A stretch of 63,437 nucleotides of DNA, filler included. It is 13 parts of 13 records of this genome, joined end to end, with 100 filler letters (N's around TTAATTAATTAA, not from the genome) between each part and the next. Parts side by side here need not be neighbours in the genome. Positions count along the whole stretch, not along the records: positions 46,560 to 58,872 come from SRR7504441_10311; positions 58,973 to 63,437 come from SRR7504441_10316; 11 more parts are not named here. One strand, 5' to 3'. Made by a program: the position numbers and the translations under genes. This document shows, in pieces, positions 56,192 through 63,437 of the stretch. Below the pieces are notes generated by a model that saw only the letters and a program-made list of their open reading frames with translations, did no database searches and was not told the origin of the DNA. How positions within the stretch are numbered: the first letter of the stretch is position 1; each line of letters starts with the position of its first letter.

Positions 56192-57454
56192 ATGTCGAAA
56201 GAAGACAGCGGTACGGCTCTCGAGCCGACCGACTCGCAGCTGCTCCAAGTACTCTGGGGCCTTGAGCGTGAGTTTGTGCAGGCCGAGCTCGCGCGCGAGT
56301 CGCTTCTCCCTGAGGTCACCGAGCGGTTCCCGATTGCCACCCGGGCCGTTCTGACAGTCCTGGCCACCTTCTTTACCTTCACGGCCAACAACTACGGAGG
56401 GCTGAACATCGTGGTGGCCGCCTCCATCACCGGTCTGCTGGTCGCACTGGCCGCCCCCAAGCAGGGCGCTCCGGTGTTCGCCGGCGCGTTCGCGGGCATG
56501 GCCTCTTCGCACAACATCCCGAGCCTGGGCTGGTGCGCCGTAATGGCCGTGTGCGTGGTGCTGGTCTTCGAGGCATTTACCTACTTCCGGTTCGCCGAGG
56601 GTTTCGGCGGGCGGCTGGGCACGGTCGGGATGCTGGCCTGCAGCGCCACCGTGGCGATAGGGCTGGCGACGGGCGACATGGCGCATCAGGACTTTTTCGA
56701 CGCCCCAAATTACTCCGATGTCACGTGGGCGTTCTGGATCCCAGCCATTCTGGCCACCCCGATCGGAGCTGTCGCCACCATCTATGTGCGAGTCAACCTG
56801 AAGCCCGTGTGCAACCCGGTAGGCGGGTCGGCCTTCGTGGGCTTGCTCGGTGGGACGGCGCTCATTGCGATCGGGCACGAGTGGGCAGACAATGCGGCCG
56901 CCTCGCTGTTTGCTGGATCGTTCGTTGGCATGGCCACCAATACTCGGATACCGAACTACACGGCGTACATTCTATGCGGCCTGATCGATGCCTGTGTACA
57001 GATAGGATTCTCTGGGCTGCTCAACAAGGGCTGGGGCGGCAAGCTTGGCTTTACCGCGTTCGTAACCACCTTCATCTACTTGACCTGCATCAAGTGGTGG
57101 TGGCCGAGCATCGAAGATCCGTCTGGACGCTTGACAAGACGGCTGAACGCTCCCACCCAGGCGCTTGACGACGACGCAGCTGAGAGCAACGAAGAGCCGT
57201 CGGGGCTCGGACGAGCAACGACGCCGCCCAATGAAGCAGACCGGATGATGCTAGGCGAATGGAGAGCAACAGTTGGCCAGCAAGTGGAAGCCCTCAATCT
57301 GTTGACAAGGACACTGTCGAATAACTCGACAACTGGTCCGGAGGAACGCACGCGATTGCACACGACCGCGTTCGGAGGGGAGTCTGAGGTTCGGTTGATT
57401 GACGAAGCGTCTTTTGACATGAAGGAATCGACCCGAGCAACAACAATGTATTAG
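56192..57454 (+). CDS. Multi-pass membrane protein with a two-fold internal repeat, prokaryote-like family
   Basis: Paired motifs FAGAFAGMAS..FGGRLGTVG and FAGSFVGMAT..WGGKLGFTAF; many TM segments; intronless. Confidence 0.7.
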   Translation: MSKEDSGTALEPTDSQLLQVLWGLEREFVQAELARESLLPEVTERFPIATRAVLTVLATFFTFTANNYGGLNIVVAASITGLLVALAAPKQGAPVFAGAFAGMASSHNIPSLGWCAVMAVCVVLVFEAFTYFRFAEGFGGRLGTVGMLACSATVAIGLATGDMAHQDFFDAPNYSDVTWAFWIPAILATPIGAVATIYVRVNLKPVCNPVGGSAFVGLLGGTALIAIGHEWADNAAASLFAGSFVGMATNTRIPNYTAYILCGLIDACVQIGFSGLLNKGWGGKLGFTAFVTTFIYLTCIKWWWPSIEDPSGRLTRRLNAPTQALDDDAAESNEEPSGLGRATTPPNEADRMMLGEWRATVGQQVEALNLLTRTLSNNSTTGPEERTRLHTTAFGGESEVRLIDEASFDMKESTRATTMY

Positions 57455-57680
57455 CTAGCCACCCATGCCATAAGCCTACAATCATAAGCCACCCATAGTT
57501 ATTCAATTTACACCCATGCATTACGTAGCAATTAGAACATTGCACTCCTGGTTTTTATTGTATGATCATGCACGCTCGATAACGTACATGTACGTATATA
57601 AAGTACTCGGCTGAGTCGGTAGAGATCTAATTCTTGTAGCAGCATGCACGTAGCACGCACGAGTGCGTCTATGGTTTGGC

Positions 57681-58872
57681 TCAGAAGTCTGCCGGAGTTA
57701 TGCCTATTGCATCTCCAGTTGGAGTAATGCCTAGTGCACCTTGCAAGACGTCCTTAGCTCTTACCTGATGTTGTGGTGAACTTTGCAGTGTGAGCTGCAT
57801 TCCGCCAAGACACACCAACAGCTCTTCGATCTCGTAGCGAAGCACACGATTGACTTGGTCCTTTTCAGCAAGAGCTGCCTGCATTTGAGCCACCTCCACT
57901 GCTTGCTCAACGGAATCTGCTCGGGATTCCGAGGCCGCCTCCTGCTGCAGCGCTTCTGCCTCCTCCTTGTCAGCTGTGCTGGCCTCTTCGAGCTTCGCTT
58001 CTAGGCTCTGGCATCTGGCCTGCGAAGCGCTCAACTCCTGTTGGGCTACCTCTAGCTCCTTCTCAGTACTAGCAGCTTTGGCCTCCAAAGCCCGCTGGGC
58101 CTGCTGCAGACCATCAACAAAAGCCTTTGTCTCTGTGAGCTCAACTGCTACCTGCTTGCTAGGGATCGATGGTGACATTGACGAATCGTCTCCCCCCTGC
58201 AGCGCCTTTTGCAACTGACCAATCTGCTCGTCCCTTACAAAGCAGGCTTCCTGCAAGTCGTTGGACGTGATGATCAGGAACTGAGCCTCTTCCACCGCCG
58301 TCTTTGCTCGCGACTCGGCGTCTTGAAGCTGGGCGGTCAGTTTGGTGCACTGGGTCTCTGCTAGTTTGGCTGCCTCTTTGGCCGCTTCTGCCTCACTTGA
58401 AAGATCTGCCAACTTTGCCTCGAGCCGGGCGTTCTCAGCCTTCAGGATAACAAATGTGTTGGTGACGTCCTGGCCCTCTTCAGGCGCCGCGTTGGCCCTG
58501 AAGGCATCCAACTGCTCCATTTGAGACCTCAGCTGCTCGTCCTGCTGCCTAATAATGCTCTTGTAAGAGTCTACCACCGCACCCAGGTCTCCACTCTCTG
58601 AGGATCCTGTATCCGACGCCGCTCCACGCCCACCCAACACTCCTTGAGTGCAGGCCTCCAGGATGCATTGCTTCAACTCCCCAGTGCTCTTGCCCAGCCC
58701 GCGAGCCCACCACGGCTCATACAGCCCGCTCAGCTCGTCGTTGGCGCGCGTGAGGGCTCGCGTGATCTCAGGAGCCCCGTTCAGCCTGTCGAGAGTCTCC
58801 ACGAAAAGCTCGGTCCCAATGTTCTTGATCACCCGCAGCAGCCCTTCCTGGTCCATAGGCAGCGGGTCGGTC
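57681..58872 (-). CDS. USO1: Uso1/p115 (golgin GC6-like) vesicle tether, 3' part
   Basis: VVDSYKSIIRQQDEQL at the head-to-coil junction, a long coiled coil, and C-terminal EIEELLVCLG match p115/GC6 hallmarks. Confidence 0.7.
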
Positions 58873-59687
58873 NNNNNNNNNNNNNNNNNNNNNNNNNNNN
58901 NNNNNNNNNNNNNNNNTTAATTAATTAANNNNNNNNNNNNNNNNNNNNNNNNNNNNNNNNNNNNNNNNNNNNAAATAAATTTAACTGATACTTGAGCTAT
59001 ACTTGAGCAAGTCTAGCTAGAGATACCAACCGGCGGTCCACAGCGTCCAGGGCAACAGAGCGGTCCGCTCCGGCACCTCCAGCGTTCCGTCGCCTGTGCC
59101 CCGTGTCCACACGTAGCCCACATATAGCCCACACGGAGAGCCCAAGGCCCGATACAGTACGCTCATGATCAACGGACATCAAGTAGAACTCCGCTTTGGG
59201 CGAGTAAGTGTAAATAGGTGGCAGATTGCCGCACACAGTGCCGGCAGGATGCTGCGCGCGGGCCTGGTTGCGCTGCTGGTAGGGCTGGCCTGGGGCGGCG
59301 ACTTCGCTGTGGTGAACAAGACTGACTCAGTCTCGGTGCCTCTCCTCATCCTGTCCGATCCGCCGTAAATCCGGCGGTGGCAGTCGCTCAGCGCCGGCGG
59401 GTATCACAATTGCGTGCTAAAGTAAAGGAGCTGTACCGGTAAGGTACTCAAACTAAACCTCAACTAATCAAAAACAATCTATCTAGCATCTACCTTGAAT
59501 AAGACCCTACATGTACTGTGCAAATGTTCAGTGTACATTATCGGGTCTGGGACCTTGGCGCTTTGGCCCGGCCAGGCAGGGCTATCGTCCGTTCTAGACT
59601 CTACGCTCTACGTTTGAAGCGCCAGGCCCGCGGCCCGACAGAGGTGTGTGACAGCGGCCTGTGCAAGCCGACACGCGGGCAGGAAGG

Positions 59688-60624
59688 ATGGAAGCGATTG
59701 GTGCAGAGCTCTCGCAGGCACGGGCGAACATCGAGGCCGGGAACAAGGCGTTCCACGAGAGCCAGTATGAAGCCGCCCGTGACGCATATCTCGAAGCCTT
59801 CCAGGCCCTGCTCACATTGGACCTGCCGACCGAGTCCAAGGTGTCCACGCGGCCTGACCGTAATGCCAACGCCCACACGGGGATGTCACCTGACGGGCAG
59901 CCTTCGGGGCAGGTGTCCGAGCAAGTCCGGTGCGGCAACAATCTGACGGTGCCCCCGACCTAGATGAGACATAGGAGGCAGCTCACTGGCTAGCAGGCCA
60001 TAGGCACGGCGTCTGAGTAGCGGCTGTCTGGCAGGTGGTGCTGTTCAAGCTCAAGCAATACCAGGACGCGCGCTCGGTGTGCCCCGGTCTGCAACCAATG
60101 CTAAATGGAGTTCAGGTGTGCGAGGCGGTGCTCGAGACGGCGCCTGAGGGCAGCGACGGCCGGCTCAAGGCGCTTAAGAGCCTCGGCAAGATCTGCAGCG
60201 CCATGACTGACACCGATGTGGACACGCTCGGTGGCTGTATTCGAATGATTTAATAATTCATTGTGGATGGTTCCAGACATGGCCGAGCGTGCCTTTTTGG
60301 AAGTTTACGAGCTAGGCGACGAGAAGCAAAAGCAGGAGGCGCTTGCGGAGGTGAATGCGTCAACTTGTTTGTTCATAGAGCCGGGTCCAGGTGGACAAGC
60401 TGCGGAGCCGAGTCAAGCTCCTCCAATCCAGCCGCCCACGCCCACGTGCACACACGATTGAGGGCCGGTCATCTGTCGGAGAGCCAGAGCAGCTGGAGAG
60501 AGAGGACGTGGCTGCACAGGTTTTTCAATCTATGGCCTATATTAATGCAAACTGGCAGCTGATGGACAATCAGCTACGGAAGAGCCAAATCATTGCGGCA
60601 GCCGCGCAACAGGTCCGACAATAG
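59688..60624 (+). CDS. TPR-like protein, multi-exon
   Basis: EAGNKAFHESQYEAARDAYLEA, VLFKLKQYQDARS and KALKSLGKIC are TPR-like helices split by short introns. Confidence 0.6.
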
Positions 60625-60731
60625 CTGGCTCGATCGATACTAATAGATTTGATCGCTGCTGCAGGCGAAATCGCCGCCACCGGAATATAAGGAAAAACGC
60701 TCCAAGGGGCATAAAAAGAAAAAGAAAAGAC

Positions 60732-63437
60732 ATGCAAACCCTTCGCCCCCGCCGCCCACGGCGGTCGACCAGGTTGCCCTCGACGTGCAGCAGGTCCCCC
60801 ATTAGAATTGATTTGGAATGTTTGATTCAATTTGACCCACAATTGAATTTACCGTTCCAAAGTTCATTCTAAAGGCAGGAGGACCCAGAGGAGGTTTCAG
60901 GGATGGAGCAATGGAAGGCCCGACATGCGGAACAGCACGGCAACTCAATGAACTCGATTTGAAATTCAGATCGGCGGGCAGGAGAGCGCCCTTCCAGTGG
61001 CATGCCTTCTGGACACAAGAGCCCTGACCGCTATGCAATCCTCGCTGTCTACATTGCACTGCTGGCAGTGCTGCTGGCGGTGTGTCTGTGCGATTCGCTA
61101 GACTGAGGCACGCGGGACAGGTGTTGCCGTACCATGGCAATAACCCGGCGCCAGTGGACAGAGCTGTGCTCCGGTGAGATTTACTTGACATATCATCCAC
61201 ACGGGGTCCCTGTTGAACGGGTATGCAGGCTGACCCCTATTGGCAACGCAAGTTCTCTCTGCTACAGGCAGACTAGCTGCCACCGGTGACTATTCAGATC
61301 ATTGAGCCATTAGTTGAGGCTTACCGGTTTCTCAAAGGTGCTCGTTCCAACCGCTGACTGCTACAAAGGCCGACCAGTCGCTTTGTGCGCCCGGTGGAGA
61401 CTGTGTGCTGCTTCCGACCCAATGGCCAATCGAACTCAGCCTGGTTGGCACCACTTTGGCAATAAGTCATGCTGATTGCAGGCGCGCAAGTGTGACTCTG
61501 TGCGGGACGCGCAGACAACTGTCAACCTATTTGATCAGGGCAACTACTCGGTCACTGTGGCTGGTGGCCAGATTCAGGTGCCAGACTCCGGCATGCTCTT
61601 GACTGCTGACATGATACATAAGGTGGGCACACTGCTGCCGGAGCGGTCGCAATTGACCGTCGCGATCCCGATCTTTGTGAGTCACTGGCCTAAACTTGAT
61701 TTCATTCAATTTCCAGGTGACAGCGGGGATAGCCTTTGGTCTCATTCTGCTCTACCTGGCTGGCCGCCGCGTTCAGCGCTGGCTCCATTCCGGAATCGGT
61801 TCGAACAACTCCGGAAACTTGGGGTTCCGGCCAGTGCTGGACAACCAGGAGCCTTTGCTGGAGACGAGCCCTGGAGGCAGCTCTGCTGCCGTCGGATCGG
61901 GTGGCTCGTCGCGTTTAATGTCTCTGGATACTTTCCGAGGGCTATCGCTAGCAATCATGATTTTTGCCAACAGCGGAGGTGGCGGCTACTGGTACTTCAA
62001 TCACTCGGCTTGGAACGGATTGACTGTGGCTGATCTGGTCTTCCCGTGGTTCTGCTGGATCATGGGCACTTCGATGGCGCTCTCTTTTGCCCGTGCACAG
62101 CGCAAGGGCATCAGCAAGTCGACGCAGCTGTTGTCGGTTGCCAAGAGAGCGGCTATCCTGTTTGTGATTGGTTTGTTCCTCAATCACGATCAAGCGCAAG
62201 AGATGAGCTTGCTGCGGATACCTGGTGTGCTCCAGTACCTGAGTCTTGCGTATTTTTTCACTTCACTTATTGTGATTCTGGTTCCCACATGGGGTCGAAC
62301 GAGCTTTGAGATCGCGCTCATGGAGCGGCAGGTTGTTCCCCTATCATTAGTATAAGCTAGTACATTCCTGACTAGGAAGTGGCAGGCACCTGAGGTGGAG
62401 CGAGTACTCACCGAGACTGGCTACACCCCTGCGAGGCTCTCCTGGCACAAACGGACCCTGCGCGACCTCAAGCCTTACTTGCTTCAGTGGCTATGCGTTA
62501 TACTCCTGGGAGTGCTTCAGGTTACCCCCTCATTAGCAAGCTGCTGAGTCACAGGCTGCAGATCGTGTTGACGCTCTACCTGCCCGTGGACGGATGCCCG
62601 ACTGGCTACCTTGGCCCTGGTGGCATAGCCGACTATAGCGCTCATTTCGACTGCACTGGTGGAGCTTCGACTGAAATCGACCACAAAGTGTTTGGCAAGT
62701 GGCATGTTTACCACAACACAGCAGCCAATGGTCGCTCCCTAATTAGGAAAGTTCAGGCTACGGTATGACCTAATTTGGAGGGGCTGCAGGCCAAATCCGT
62801 GGCTCAGCCACTTGTGGAGACGTCTACCACTGCAACGACAGCTCGTTTAATCACGATCCCGAGGGATTACTTGGAGTGCTGAACGCAGTGGTGCTCTGCT
62901 GGCTGGGGCACCATGCCGGCCGGGTGTGCTTGAAACCTCTGTTGATTTAATAACCCGGCCCAACAGGTGCTGCTAGCATATCAGTCGGCCGAGGCCAGGA
63001 GCGGATACTCCGTTTTCCGTGTAGTGCTGCGGTGGCTGCTCTGGGCAACGCTATGCGGTGCGGTGGCTGCAGGGCTCTGCGGTTTCAGTCAGAACGACGG
63101 CGTCATTCCGGTCAATAAGAATCTTTGGTCTACCAGCTTTGTGCTGGCATTGGCTGCTGGTGCATTTGTAGTGCTTGCGCTGCTGTTTGTGATCGTCGAC
63201 CACCTGCAGTGGTGGCGCGGGGCACCGTTCAGCTTTCTCGGGATGAACTCCATTGTGATTTATGTTGGCTCAGAAACCCTCACCAAGTTCCCTTTCGGGT
63301 TCCCGTACGACACGGACGACTATGTCGCCGGAAGTGCAGTGGGTCACGAGCAGATGATGGCCTATGCAGCAGTGGCTGTGGCCTCCTGGCTGATGGTTGG
63401 TTACTTTTTGTTCGTGAATGATACCTTCTTCAAGATT
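60732..63437 (+). CDS. HGSNAT: Heparan-alpha-glucosaminide N-acetyltransferase, multi-exon; 5' exons uncertain, runs off the window
   Basis: RLMSLDTFRG, GGGGYWYFNHSAWNGLTVADLVFPWF, RIPGVLQ, GCPTGYLGPGG..CTGGA, DPEGLLG, IPVNKNLWSTSF, GMNSIVIYVG. Confidence 0.92.

Noticed and set aside
5051-58972. Regularly recurring TTAATTAATTAA between N-runs as a biological repeat or array
   Set aside because: It is an identical 100-nt synthetic linker with stops in all six frames, so an assembly concatenation artefact. ORFs ending in X..LIN are artefacts too.
1-63437. Gene clusters or operons spanning linkers (e.g. helicase-ART next to cathepsin C)
   Set aside because: Genes on different contigs have no demonstrated physical linkage.
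1-63437. rRNA, tRNA, transposase, reverse transcriptase or viral hallmark genes
   Set aside because: None were recognisable by eye; a covariance-model or HMM scan would be needed to exclude them formally.
1-63437. Assignment to a specific eukaryotic lineage
   Set aside because: WRKY, DCD and GC-AG-rich introns are suggestive but not diagnostic. TRRAP/MCTS1 phylogenies are needed, and the contigs may not all come from one organism.

Overview
This is eukaryotic (protist-like) genomic DNA, not prokaryotic. It consists of 13 short contigs joined by 12 artificial 100-nt linkers (N-run + TTAATTAATTAA + N-run), so adjacency across linkers means nothing. Coding DNA is GC-rich and dense. Genes carry many short spliceosomal introns, mostly about 37-48 nt, and an unusually high share have GC donors, which explains the fragmented ORF track. 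Recognisable genes are TRRAP/Tra1 (5' part), BLTP1/Csf1 (5' part), MCTS1/Tma20, cathepsin C, asparaginase-ankyrin, HGSNAT, USO1/p115 (3' part), a nucleoredoxin-like protein, a SOUL haem-binding protein, a DUF885 protein, a six-HMG-box protein and EF-hand proteins. The best candidates for novelty are: (1) a MOV10/SDE3-type RNA helicase fused to a DCD domain and an H-Y-E ADP-ribosyltransferase, a possible sensor-effector defence protein; (2) an intronless, secreted DUF3626-like gene flanked by a degenerate duplication of its neighbour's promoter and start codon; (3) a non-plant WRKY factor with a paraflagellar-rod-like coiled coil and a cluster of W-box cores in its own promoter; (4) an intron apparently created by a 33-bp exon duplication; (5) a YAACGG motif recurring in very short bidirectional promoters. 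All family assignments rest on motifs recognised by eye; no searches were run.
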